NCBI RefSeq assembly: GCF_001194135.2
Contig: NC_068984.1
Location: 55,948,663 to 56,012,662, forward strand
Length of the DNA stretch: 64,000 nucleotides
Source of the DNA: Octopus bimaculoides
Taxonomy: Eukaryota
Direction: 5' to 3'
A model generated the notes under the pieces. That model saw only the letters and a program-made list of their open reading frames with translations, did not search any database and was not told the DNA's origin. Positions 37,413 to 50,552 of this stretch are shown here, piece after piece (position 1 is the first letter of the stretch; every line of letters starts with the position of its first letter). The position numbers and the translations under genes were made by a program.

Positions 37413-38359
37413 AGAGGTAAAGGGTTCGATTCCCTGTGGAGGCTTACTGATCACTTTTTTCCCAACTTCTAAAGGGTTTTTACTCAACTTTCTAAGCTGT
37501 AATCACAGTCCTCCTGCATTCAAGAATTCCTTTATTTTCTGTAGAATACCAACATGCTCAGTGCTTATAAGTTTGTTTACAAAATGTTCTCTTATATATA
37601 TATACATACACACATACACACTTATATACATAGATATATTATATATATACATGTATGTGTGTTCGTATGTGCATGCAGGGATGTAAACACACCAGCACCA
37701 GTTGTCTATCAGTGGGTGGTAGGGGTGACAAAGAGAGACACAACGACATATACAGACACATATATATACACACACACACATTATATATATATATATGTGT
37801 GTGTGTGTATATAGACATACTTCCCGGTCAGCCTTAATAAACCCAACCCATGAGCGATGGTATTTCACTCATAACAACCTTGATTCATATTTCTGTGACT
37901 ATTTTGAACAACATATATATTCTTTTTTTAATAGACTACATCATGTAATTAATGTCAACTTATGTGATTTTAAAATCATTAATATATTAAGTACAAATAA
38001 TTATGCAGTGATTAAAAATCTGTATTAGTAATTAACTAATGTTATTTTAGCTATTTTAATTATTTCAAATATATTGTTTAATGTATCCATTCATTTTAAG
38101 GCAGCACAATGTGAACTCAGCTAGATTTGGCCTCTATTTGTAAATCAAATGATTGAATAGAGTTTTTTTTTTCTTTTGTTGATTCATTGCTAGAATGTTA
38201 TTGTTATTGTTTAGCCAAATATCAATTCTGATTGAGCAAACTAATTACACTGTGTAACAGAAGTTTTGTCTTTGGGTAGCAACTATTATTTCCTACTTAC
38301 TTACCTGTGGAAAGAATGACAACTGGCTAATATTTCCTTCAAACTCTGCTTTTGTCACA

Positions 38360-38525
38360 ATATTTATTCAAACCCTAAAGAATCCCTTTTGACACTTGTC
38401 TATGATGTTCCTCCCACTACTCCTGCTCATGATCAGAGATGCACACATTGTCAGCCACTAAGGAACATGCTCAAGTGGTTAAGGTCAAGCAACTGACAGG
38501 CAAATCTGTAATGAGCAGAATATTT
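38360..38525. mobile_element. LINE-like dispersed repeat fragment
   Basis: ctactcctgctcatgatcagagatgcacacattgtcagccactaaggaacatgctcaa; recognised from memory only, no ORF retained. Confidence 0.4.
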
Positions 38526-38599
38526 GCTATAACAATATTTCTGCTTCAGCAACTCAGCATTGAATCTGTCTGAAATGTAATGGAAAATAGGTAGGTCAG

Positions 38600-41500
38600 T
38601 GTTGTGATGAGAGTTAAGACGACCCCTTGCAAGAGATAGACTGGTCTGAGTAAAGTATAAATAGTAATGATCCGAGTGAGTTCAAGGTTCAGAGTTCAGA
38701 GTCAAGTGAAGTTTGTGTTAGTTCGCAGTGAAGTTGGAAGGTGTCGGTTGGTTAGTTCACAAGGAATATTGATTGTCGGTTCGTAAAGAGATTTGATAGT
38801 TCGTTACATTGTTGTTATTGTTGTCTGGTTATCTTATTTATTGTACATAACAAATTACATTACATCTGACAATGTGGGTTTCAAAGCTCATGGAGGTTAT
38901 TTAACAATTTGTTCATAATACAATTTGTTAAATGATTGAAGACCTATTAGCTTCTATAGTACAGTTGCAAAGACAACAACAACAGCAGCAACAGGAGTTG
39001 CAGAAGCAACTATTACAACAACAACTACAACAACAACAATTATTGGAGCTATATTCAAAGAATTCCAAAAATAAAGCATTTCAAACTCAATTAATGAATT
39101 CAGTTATAATCCAGAGGAGGGTATAACTTTTGCATTGTGCTACAGAAGATATGAGGAGATTTTTAAGCAAGATTGAATATCATGGTCAGACAATCAAAAA
39201 GTCAGATTTTTATAGCGAAAATTAGCTCTATTAGAGCATGAGCGTTACTGTAATTTAATATTGCTAAAAAACCCTATGTAATTTGTTTTAAAGAAACAAT
39301 AGAATTACTGTCTAACATATTCGGTGATAAAACTTCTCTGATTTAACAGTCGAATGAGTGTTGGAATATAACAAAAAAAGAGAATGATGATTTTATCACA
39401 TATGCAGGAACAGTCAACAGGATGTGTGAAAGTTTTAAACTCAAAGAACTTACACCTGAGATGTTCAAGTCTCTTGTTTTCATACAAGACCTTACAGCAA
39501 GCGATGATACAGAAATTCGGGCAAGAATTCTTTCTAAATTGGAACAAGTGAACCAAGATCTAACCTTACAGTCCATAGCAGAAAATGCCAAAGGTTGGTA
39601 AACCTGAAACACAATGTAGAAAAAATTCAAGAAAACGATTCCTCAAAAACACAGATATGCCAACTGGAAAAGCACAACCAAAAACCACTTCCTAATCCCT
39701 GTTATGGATGTGGACACATACATTTCAGAAAAGACAGTCCATTTAAAAATCAAAAATGTTACAGTTGCAAAAAAATTAGTCACAAGAGTTCACGCTGCAG
39801 AACAAAATTACAAAGGTCAAATGTTAAAAATCCTAGAGTGCTCTCAGCAGAAATAAAAATTGACTCCCAAATATGAAAATTTGTACACGTAAAGATAAAT
39901 GGAATACATATTAAACTTCAATTGGATACTGGAAGTGATATTTCAATAATACATATGGACACATGGAAGAAAATAGGGAAACTAATGTTGAGAAAAACAG
40001 GGAAATCTGCTCATAGTGTGACAGGTGACAAATTACATTTCATAGGCAAAATGTGGGCTAATGTCACATTTCGAGAGAAAACATGCAAGGCAAAAATTTT
40101 CGACATTAAAAATGCAACCGATTTGTTTAGTACTGATTGGTTAGAATTATTCAATTTATGAGACCTCCCCATAAACCTACATTGTAAAAACTTAAATGGT
40201 TGTCCCTCTAAAAATAATTCGTCTGAAGAGATAAAGAGAAAAGTAAAAAAAGATGTTTCCGCAAGTACTCTCGGACAAACGAGGGCTATGCACAAAGACT
40301 GAAAGCCCATGGTCCAGGATACATATCAACTACACTGGACTAGTGAATGGTGCATACTATCTAGTCATTGTGGATAGTGTATACAAAGTAGCCAGAGGTA
40401 TGCAGATGTAATAAACCCACAGCAAAGACAACAATAAAGTTCCTACTTGAGTTATTTGCTCGATACGGTGTTCCAGACATTTTAGTTTTAGATAGTGGAA
40501 CACAATTCATGGGATATGAATTAAGAAATTTCTGCAAAATACATGCCATAAAATATATCTTTACACCATCCTACCACCCGAGGTCAAATGGGCAGGCAGA
40601 AAGATTTGTCAACACATTCAAAAGAGCTCTAAGAAAAGCTAGGAACAAGCTAGATAATGATGAGGCACTAACGAAAATTTTGAGAGTATGTAGAATAATG
40701 CCAAATCCAAATACTAATTCAGGAAAGTCACCAGCAGAGTTAATGTTCGCACATAAAATAAAATCGATCTTCAATAAATTATTGCCAAGGAAAATACATA
40801 TAATGGAAAAACAAAAAATACATTTGAAAGAAATACAAGAAATATTACAAAACATTTCGAAGTAGGAGATAAAGTTCATTTTAAAAATTACAAAAATGGT
40901 AAAGAAGGTTGGGAGGATGGCGATGTTATCAAAAGATTAGGTAACATGATGTATTTAATTAAAGGACAACTTTCGGAAGAGACACCTTAACCAGTTAAAG
41001 ATGAGACATACAGAAGAACAAAGGGTAATACCAATGGAAGTGTTCTATGATGTTTAAAGTGCCAGCACTGAGAGATATTGAACCCCATAGAACTAGCTTC
41101 AGAAAACGAAAACACTGAATATCTGGAAGTAATACCTGAACAGAAAAGATATTTAATTTTCAAAACAAAAACAAGATGAAAAGAAAAAGTGCTGTGTGCA
41201 ATGAACAATTCTACCTTAAAAGTTGGGCAACAATTAAGATACAACAGCTAAAAAAAAGAAAGAGGGAGAGGTGCTGGAAAGAAAGAAAAGAAAAATTAAA
41301 GAAATTCCACTTTCTCACAGTTGTCGAAACCTGAAAAGGGGAGATGTTGTGATGAGAGTTAGGGTGCTCCCTTGCAAAAGATAGACTGGTCTGAGTAAAG
41401 TATAAATAGTAACAATCTGAGTTCAAGGTTCAGAGTTTGGAGCCAAGTGAAGTTTGAGTTAGTTCACAGTGAAGTCAGAAGGTGTCGGTTGGTTAGTTCA

Positions 41501-41602
41501 CAAGGAATATTGCTTGTTGATTCGTAAAGAGATAGTTCATTACATTGTTGTTACTATTGTCTGGTTATCTTATTTATTGTACGTAAAAATTACATTAGAA
41601 CA
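38600..41602 (+). mobile_element. Ty3/Gypsy LTR retrotransposon, both LTRs present, RT and RNase H deleted
   Basis: LTRs TG...CA at 38600-38864 and 41345-41602; 5-bp TSD gtcag/gtcag; polypurine tract gaaaaggggaga; gag with CYGCGHIH and CYSCKKISHKSSRC knuckles; protease DTGS (~39925); integrase (PWSRIH, FARYGVPDILVLDSG, YHPRSNGQAERFV). All frames are interrupted. Confidence 0.93.
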
Positions 41603-42319
41603 GTCAGTTTCAAAACATTGATGTCCAGGTCACAAAAGCAAAGTTTGAAGGGAATAGTAGTCATTTCCTTTGCTTTCTAGACAGAAGTAAATAGGAAATA
41701 ACACTTACTGACTAAAGACAAAAAAAATTTTTATTTTGTCACACAGTGTTATCAAAGGCATTCCAGTCATTTTTCTATGTGCAGGGGACCCAGGACCATA
41801 TTATCCAAAGTTTCCTTTTAAGATGGCAGGGTGTGATTTGAGGGAGATTTGGCTGTTATTTCTCATAGATTGAATGACTGCACAGATGTTACCACATTGA
41901 CTTTGTATGGAATGTGTCCAGTCCCCAAAATATAGCAATTCATTTTCCTTGAAGTAAATCTTTTAATCACTACCATAGATTCATGGGGCTATACTAAACA
42001 TTACCAACCTTTAAGAATGAGAGAGAGGGAGAGAGCCCTTCTACATGGTTGCTTAACTTGTTAGAAATAACAGCCAAATATAACAATATTCCTGCACCAC
42101 CATCCATCCCTTCCCACTCTCCAGATTACATGCTGATATCTTAAAATTAGAAGGGTTTATAATATCCAAAATAATATTACTAGATACATTTTATTTTTAA
42201 ACAGAGATGAGATAATCATAGTTTTGGATATTTTTGATCGCAGGTCTACTCCATTAGAACTAACCTGGGATTATGCATCAATAACAACATCAATTATCAT
42301 TGCGTATTCATTTATTAAG

Positions 42320-42530
42320 GGGGAAAGTCAGTGGACTTGTTAACATGACAGACAAAATTTTAGCGGCATTTCTTCCAGTTTTATATTCTGAGTTCAAATG
42401 CTCAATCTTTGTCTTTCATCTGTTTGGAGTCAGTGAAATATATACCAGTTGAGCACTGGAGTTGATGTAACCAAATAGCCCTTCTCCACAAAATTTCAGA
42501 CCTTGTGCTTTATAGTAGAAGGGAGTATTT
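42320..42530 (+). mobile_element. CpG-decayed SINE family A copy
   Basis: ttagcggcatttcttccagttttatattctgagttcaaatg...cagaccttgtgctttatagtagaaggg. Confidence 0.75.
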
Positions 42531-43789
42531 ATTCCTTTATTTATTTATTTATTGATATTTCTTAATTCCCTTCAATGTGAACGAGTGTCTTCAATACAAA
42601 ATATTTGCACAGCAGAATTTATAAACACTCAGACAAACACTGCAGTTGTTTACAGTGAATCATAGAGATTAAATTGAAAATACCATCTCAAACTTATTTT
42701 CCTCCTTACATTCATCTGAATCATAACGGCAATAACTACAACGCAAAGTAAAACAGCCCAATAATAGCATCATTTAGAAGAAATACAACCAATTAGAACA
42801 TCATCATTGGTCTGCAAGAAACAATAATGACAGTAAAAATTATAGTAATAATGTAATAATAATAGTAATAATTATAGTAATAAAGATAGTAATAATAATG
42901 ATGATAGTAATAATGAAATTTATTGATTTTTATTTTACTTTTTCCTCTCCAACTTTTTCTTCATTATTTTTTCCTTGTGTATTTTCAGTTTTTATTTATT
43001 TATTTGTTGGTACTATTCATTTTTCTTTTCCAATATTTTTATTTTTTATCAATTATGTTATCCAATCCAAGTTATTTTTCTGAGTGGGTCCAGAGATCTT
43101 GGGACAAAGTAAGCATGGACACACATTTTCTCTCTTTCTCTCTCTATCTGTTCCCCCTCTTTCCCCACCCTCTCTCTCTCTCTTCTTTCTCCATCTCTTC
43201 ACCCCCACTCTCTCTCTCTCCACATACCCAAATGCATACTGACACAATGCATGCACAAATCTGTTTGCATTTGTGGATGTGTGTGTGTGTGTGTGTGTGT
43301 AAATGTGTATTTTATTTATCAAAATCAATGAAGATTAGTCATAGGACTCCCTAAAGGGAATTTTCCCCTTAAATGTTCATTCTATGGAACAGAGAAAAGA
43401 AATAAAAGGCTTTGTGGAAATTAGATCAAAACCTATTGATAGCATTTTTTATTAAATGTCAAATCTGCCATGAAAGTAGCAGAGCAATTGCTGTGTTTCT
43501 CACACAGATTGATATGTTTCTTTTTTTTATTTTGTGTTTCTTGTTATTTCCGTTATTTATTTACAATCATATAAGGATCTAGGGTGGGGTGAAATTTCTG
43601 TAATTAAGCATCACATTTTTTTGACATTATAATTTACAAATTGGGTCTTTTTTTTTTGTTTTCTAGTATTTTGTTTTATTTTTCTTTGTTTTTTTTGTTT
43701 TGTTTTGGTTTGGGGGTATTTTTGTTGAGTTTTTTTTATTTTGTTGCTGTTTTGCTTTTGAGAAACTGTTCTAAATATAAAGCATCTAA

Positions 43790-44110
43790 TATTGATTTCT
43801 AGCAGAGGTAAAAGGTCACATATTACGATGGGGGTGAGGTATGGGTGAAGGAACAGTTAATTATATTGACTGATACTTATTTTATCAACCTTTCCAACTT
43901 CAGCCTGGAAAGATAAAAGACAAATGAAAATATTAACTCTGACTGGATCTGAACTCAGAATGTTGGTAGTTGATTCTTTCACATTAGTACATGATCACCA
44001 ATTTCTAAAGAAGGATTCTTTTCTTGACCTCAGAAAAAGGTAAAAGTAAAATTGATCCTGACAAGATTTGAACTGAGAACAAAGATATGAAACTAAATAT
44101 TGTAAGGTAG
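43790..44110 (-). mobile_element. CpG-decayed SINE family A copies (one or two partial)
   Basis: tacttattttatcaacc, gaactcagaatg and gatttgaactgagaac segments. Confidence 0.65.
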
Positions 44111-44209
44111 TCAATTCAATGATCTCCTATTCTTGCCACACCATCATCAGTACTCCAGTATTGCTTTATTATTTATGCATGGGATAAGAATGTGTGGGGA
44201 GAGTTAGTC

Positions 44210-44450
44210 ATCATCATCACTATGTAACATATGTTTTGCACTGGCATGAGTTGAACAGTTCGACAGGATTCTTTGGCCTTGCTTCTACAGCTAGATGCTT
44301 TCCTAATACCAATCACTTTACAATGTGTACTGAGTGCTTTTTACAAGGCACCAGCACTAGTGAGGTCACCAGGTAACTTGTAAGACAAGACCCCTCAAAT
44401 GAATACAGAGTAGTATTGAGGAAGGTGGCTTTATGCCTGATGATGAGAGG
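44210..44450 (-). mobile_element. SINE family D ((GAT)n tail, ggatgcccttcctaacgccaacc motif), diverged
   Basis: catcatcatcac...ttctacagctagatgctttcctaataccaatc matches 55373-56026. Confidence 0.75.
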
Positions 44451-46764
44451 TTAAAGTATTATGGAGAGAATGTTGGTAAAGGGACACCACTTTAGTGAAA
44501 GTGTTCATAGAAAGGTCCTGTAAGTGAGCTTTTGAGAAGCATGTATAAGGAAAATATCAGAAGGCCTTTTTATACAAATATTTTAATTCATTAAAAGGTA
44601 ACAAGAGCTGATAAGTAATATGAACATAGATGGTGTATGTGCATGAGTCAGAGAAAGCTTTATAACTTACGTTTGAAACATGGATTCAGTTGGAAGTCAT
44701 TATAAGCTAAGAGAAACTGAACTAGTGTAAACGAAAATATACTGCTCATTATATGGCAAAGTTGTGGGCTGATGGCATTTAGAAGTTCACAGAGCAAAGT
44801 TGGCATAAATGAAATAGGCTGTTCATGATGTGATCAGAGTTGAGGGCTTATATTATTCAGAGCTAGCAGCGTAAAGTTGGTGTGAAAAAAAAAAAGAGGC
44901 CATTCTCATACTGGAGAAGTGATGTTGCTCATCTGCTGTCTTCCCACTAACAGGTTAAAATGCCCGTTTCTCTTCTTGGGCTGAGAACTGCTTTTGGTAA
45001 TAATACAAACCCAGCCCTGATTGGCTGGAGTTGCCATAGCACAGCTGTGCTGCAATACGATTACAAAAAAAGCTTTCCTGACATGCAACAGTATAATAAA
45101 AGGATAGAAACAGGTGTCTTGCAGTAGAGGAGACACATGGCTATCCCAGTTGGAAAAAGGAGGAAATGGTGGTGAAGATGTGTCAGAGCATGTCCTTCAG
45201 TTGCAGGAAGGTGAATATTGTTGATTAAAATTGAATCCAGTATATTATTTAATTTATCGATCATCTAAGGAGAGCAATAAGACAATGGTGTGTCTTTGTG
45301 TTTATGTTTGGTCCTGACCACTGCTTGACAACCAGTGTTTGTTTACGTGCCTGTAACATAGCAGTTCAGCAAAAGAGAAGAATAGACTGTGTACCAGGGT
45401 TAAAGAAAATTAGTATCAGGGTTGATTTATTTGACTAAACCCTCCAAGGCAAATACCCCCAGCAGGACTGCAGTCCAATGACAGAAACAAATAAAAGATA
45501 TTTGTATAGATTTAATCCTGAAGTGATTATGATCAAGAAATGTGTTATTCAATTTGCAATAACATATTTTTATTTATCTAGATTCATTTTGTTTTTCTGT
45601 CAGTCAAGAGAAAATCCAGAAATAACCTGACTCCATAGGCAGACCTGTGGATCACAATCAACAAGAAGGTTTGCACATGTTTAATACAGTCTTAAATGAA
45701 AAGCAGGAACAAAGAACTAATTGAATTTAAGTTCACAATTATGGCTGAATTCAGTGTTTACAGTTTTCAGCATATTTGCTCAATTTACAATTCCATTTTA
45801 TGCACTGAGTGAAAGGCATATTCACTGAGTTCAATTTATTCATTCACAATACCTGGTGTGACTCAATTAAAAACAAAATAATAATTTAGTGATTAGAAAA
45901 TTGATTATTTTTCATCATTAAATGTGATGTTATTTGTGAAGTACATACGAATGCTAATAAAATATTTCATAGGTATACAGGCCATAGAAAAGAAGGTTGA
46001 AAATAGCTATTGATAGAATCACTATTGGATAGAATGCCTTGAGCATTTGTTCTGGGTGTCTACTCTCTGAGATCAAATCCTCACAAAGGTGACTATCTTT
46101 TATCTTCTAATGTAATGTACAGCTTTCAAAACCTAAGCCTGAAAAATAGATTTGATCATTAATTAAAATAACAATCTTATCCTTATCTATATAGATGTGT
46201 GGTGTGTGTGTGTGTGTGTCACACACACACACACAACAAAATAGTTGCTGTACCTCACTGAAACCAAGCACTGTGCATAGATATACAATGTTTGAAACAA
46301 ACACTGAATAAAACAGACCGGATGCATTCCAACTACCCACCTTGTATTCTTCCAATATATGGTCACCACTAGAGACCATAGATTTATAAACAAGTCAGTG
46401 AGAGAGACTTTACATATCTGATTAAGCTATGAGATATAGCAGCCAAAATTCCTTCAGACCACACCCATTGGTTGAGAGGAGAACACATTAACTAAAGTTG
46501 TTCTAGGTTGCGAGCACATGCGTAAATGATGGAATAATCGTAGTGGTAATATATTTCATTATAGGTCTGCAAGGTCAGAGATGACCCGGGAACATTTAGT
46601 AGATAAGTTTGATTAATACTGATCATTTTTCATAACTAAAATAATCATTGTTATCACACCGTAACAGCAAATTGAAACAGCTAAAACACAGGAGGATTCT
46701 AATGTCAAATGTTATAATGAATGGAACAAAAGAGAATTACAGATAATACATAAAATCCCATACT

Positions 46765-46781
46765 ATTGTGTATGTGTGTGC

Positions 46782-46854
<73 letters not shown>

Positions 46855-47500
46855 GAAAGGATATAGAATAACTAGAAGAGAAAAAATAGAAGAGAAAAAG
46901 GTATTGAGAGGCAAGAGAATATTGTGTGTGTGTGTGTGTGTGTGTGCTTATGTGTGTCTGTGTCTAGGTGTATGTAAATGTGAGTGTGTGTGGATCAAGG
47001 AGTACATGTGTATGTGATAGTGTGTGTGTGTATGTATGTCTGGGTGTATGTGTGAGTGTGCATGTCTGTGTGTGTACATGTGTGTGTGTGTGTGTGAGCA
47101 TTCCTAGACGTGTGTGGCTGTTTGTATGTGTATGTGTGTAACAGTGAGTCTGTGTATGTGTGTAACAGTGAGTCTGTGAATGAGTGTTTGTGTGTGTGTG
47201 TGTGTGTGTATATATACTTCTGTGTGAAACAAGTAGTGTATGTGTGTGTAACAGAGCATACATGAATGTGTGTATGTCTATGTGCATAATAGAGAGTGCA
47301 TGTCTGTGCGTGTATGTATATGTCATACTGAGTGTTTGTGTATGCATGTTTGCATGTGTAACAGGGCATGCACAAGTGTGTGTATGTGTTGCTGTATATC
47401 TGATAGTGCATGAGTTGTGCCTCTCTGCAAGTGATACATGTGTATATATATATGTGTGTGTCATCTGGTGTGCATGAATGTGTGTATGTAGCAGTATATG
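46765..47500. repeat. (TG)n and degenerate TG-rich satellite
   Basis: Seen directly. Confidence 0.92.
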
Positions 47501-47572
47501 TAGACATAATGAGAAAGAAAAATAAAAAATCTAACAGCCTTGTTCTGTCCCAAATAGAAAACATTCTGAGTC

Positions 47573-48028
47573 TATGGTGGGGGAGGTGCGTGGTGATGGT
47601 GTCAGCCGTGGTGATAGTGGCAACAATGGTGGTGGTGGTGGTGATAGTGGCAACACAGGTAGTGGTGGTGGTGGTGATAGTGGCAACAAAGGTGGTGGTG
47701 GTCGTGGCAACAAAGGTGGTGGTGGTGGTGGTGTTGATGTTGTTACTTGTGGTGGTAGTAATGTTATCATCATCATCATCATCACCTTCTTCACCATCAT
47801 CATCACCATCACCATCATCATCGTCATCATCATCATCATCATCACCACCATCATCATTATCGTCATCACCATCATCATCGTCATCATCATCATCATCATC
47901 ATCGTCATCATCATCATCACCACCATCATCATCACCACCATCATCATCATCATCATCATCATCATCACCACCATCATCATCACCACCATCATCATCATCA
48001 TCATCATCGTCATCATCATCATCATCAT
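47573..48028. repeat. (GGT/GAT)-rich block followed by complementary (CAT/CAC)-rich block
   Basis: Seen directly; source of the poly-D/T, poly-S/V, poly-M/P and poly-G/I ORFs. Confidence 0.95.
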
Positions 48029-48564
48029 TTTTGTTGTTGTTTCTGTTGTTTAGCTTCATGTCTAGCTCAGTCAACCAGACCCATGATCAAAGACATTCCA
48101 TTTATGGTGATGCATCCTCTCCTACATTGTCCAATATGTATTTCTTTTTTTTTTTTCTTTTAAAGCTGTAAAGTTTTGTTCTGATGAGATTTATTCCGTT
48201 GTCATTTAAACCCTATTCTGGCTCTTACTGAGCAAATCTATGATCAAAAGTATTCCAGCCATGGCCATCCCATCATCTTAGCAGTTAGTAGTACGACACT
48301 GTCCAATACAGCCTTCCTTTTTTCTTAAGATGGCAGGATGTGATTTGAAGGAATTTGGTTGCTTTTTCAAGCAAGGCAAGCAGCCACATTGCTACTGTCA
48401 TGTTAGATCTCAGATTTGTTCTATAGACAGAAATGGTCGAGCGCTGTTAAAATTACACAATCTAATTCTATCCCTCTCTACCAGAATTGTCTAACTTCCA
48501 CTGACCTCCAGTGAAATAATTAGTACCAGCGAAATATTAATTTGCCCCAATTCAAGTGAGTACC

Positions 48565-48900
48565 AGATTGGCGTAGTTGTGTAGTCCTGCGCCTCTGGAG
48601 CCGGCGATCCGGGTTCAAATCCCACTGGGACTGTGAGAAAAAAGAACCCTCACACTTGGTTGTCTGAGCACTCACCATTGTACCCAGCTGGAAATGGGTA
48701 CTTAGCCCTTCTCAGGGTCGCAGCACACATCACAACAGTGCTAGAAACCAGAGAAACCAAACCTACCTAAGGCGTACTAAAACAGACAGCAGGTGGACAT
48801 CCAGGAGTCATGACTTGGATGTGACCCAACTACCCTAGAGTGTCAGGAGTTAAGGGCTGAAACACATGCCTAAAGGGGGTTTCTCCTCTGAGGACCACCT
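48565..48900 (+). mobile_element. distinct tRNA-derived SINE (single copy in this window)
   Basis: A-box-like tggcgtagttg; B-box gggttcaaatccc (48611); body tgtacccagctggaaatgggtac; right boundary uncertain. Confidence 0.6.
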
Positions 48901-48934
48901 GCTGTTACACTCTCCCAGAGTTTCTTTCCACTTA

Positions 48935-49335
48935 AAGGGCAGCAGATTGGCAGAATTGTTAGTAATCTGGACAAGATTTCCAGCTTTGCATTCTGAGTTC
49001 AAATTTCACAGAGGTCAACATTGCCTCTTATCTTTTCAAGGTTAATAAAATAAGTACAAGTCAACCATACCCCTCCCCTGAAATTTCAGGCTTTGTACGT
49101 ATAGTAGATAGAATTATTCTAAGGCAACAAGCTGGCAGATCTGTTACTGTGCTGGGCAAAAATGCTTAGCAGCATTTCTTCTGGTTCTTTATGTTCTGAC
49201 ATCATATGCTGCTGCGATCAACTCAGCCTTTCATCCTTTTGAGGTCAATAAAATAAGTTTCAGTTGAACAAAAACAATCAACTTACTCATCCTCTAAAAT
49301 TGCTAGACTTATGCTGAGATTTGAAAGAATATATT
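48935..49335 (+). mobile_element. two tandem CpG-decayed SINE family A copies
   Basis: gggcagcagattggcagaattgttag... and aggcaacaagctggcagatctgttac..., with different tails. Confidence 0.8.
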
Positions 49336-49728
49336 AAGTTTGATTCAATAATGTACATCGTTTCACTTCTGTTTCTGGTAGGTTGAGCAAGCACACAAAA
49401 GTCCCCTCTCGGCTATGGTATGGCATTCATACCTTTCCCATTAGCAAAGTTATGTGAAACAATTTTCAAACTGGAATCAGAATTAGGTGGATTAGTGCAT
49501 GAATTAATAAATACAGATTTAACAGAAAAAGTAATTGTTTCTAATTTAGGCACAAGGACAGCAGCTTTGAAAGAAGGAGTTAGTTAATACCATTAACAGT
49601 ATTGGATGCCTTAACTTATGTAGTTTTAAGTTATATCTTCTTCAACTTTACATCATTCTTTTTTAAGAAATTAATCGAGAAAATAAATCTCAACTTCTAT
49701 CAATTTATTCAACTTTATATTGGTTTCA

Positions 49729-50100
49729 GGAGTCGCTGTGTGGTAAGTAGCTTGCTTACCAGCCACATGGTTCCGGGTTCAGTCCCACTGCGTGGCATCT
49801 TGGGCAAGTGTCTTCTACTATAGCCTCAGGCCGACCAAAGCCTTGTGAGTGGATTTGGTAGACGGAAACTGAAAGAAGCCCATCGTATATATGTATATAT
49901 ATATATGTGTTTGTCCCCCTAGCATTGCTTGACAACCGATGCTGGTGTGTTTATGTCCCCGTCGCTTAGCGGTTCGGCAAAAGAGACCGATAGAATAAGT
50001 ACTAGGCTTACAAAGAATAAGTCCCGGGATCGATTTGCTCGACTAAAGGCGGTGCTCCAGCATGGCCGCAGTCAAATGACTGAAACAAGTAAAAGAGAGA
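49729..50100 (+). mobile_element. SINE family B, near full length and young
   Basis: tRNA-like head (B-box ggttcagtccc), CORE-like cttgggcaagtgtcttctactatagcctc, internal (TA)n, tail gactgaaacaagtaaaagag. Confidence 0.9.
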
Positions 50101-50457
50101 AAAGAGTAAGAGTATATGTAAGAACAAAAATTTTTTTTTAAAGACCTAAAAAGCAATACTGGAAAGAAAGAATCAAATGAAAAATGTGTGAAATTATGTA
50201 GAAACCATTTATTAAAATAGATATAAGATACTAGATCTTTAAAAATGTTTTTCTGTGTTATATCATTTTGTGGGTTAAGGCATATATCTTGGAACCAATT
50301 AGCAACCTAAGTTGAGGTATGCCTGTGCTTGATTGCTTCTTTATTTTATGGCTCCCAGAGGGATAAAGGCAAGGTTGACTTTGGCAGGATTTAAACAAGA
50401 TGTAGAGCCAGAACAAATTCTGTAAGGTGTGCGTGTAGAGCTTGTTGAAGAACTCAC

Positions 50458-50488
50458 CAAGGTTGTGAGGGTGGGAATCATTCATTAC
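50458..50488 (-). CDS. candidate 31-nt micro-exon (VMNDSHPHNL)
   Basis: Long pyrimidine tract tctatcttcccttcattctttttaccatcag| and donor ttg|gtgagt; only frame 0 is open. Confidence 0.4.
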
Positions 50489-50552
50489 CTGATGGTAAAA
50501 AGAATGAAGGGAAGATAGATATCTGTAAGAAATGCATGATGAAGCAATACTC

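Noticed and set aside
48565-48630. Functional tRNA gene
   Set aside because: A and B boxes are present, but I could not build a full cloverleaf and the sequence continues into a SINE-like body.
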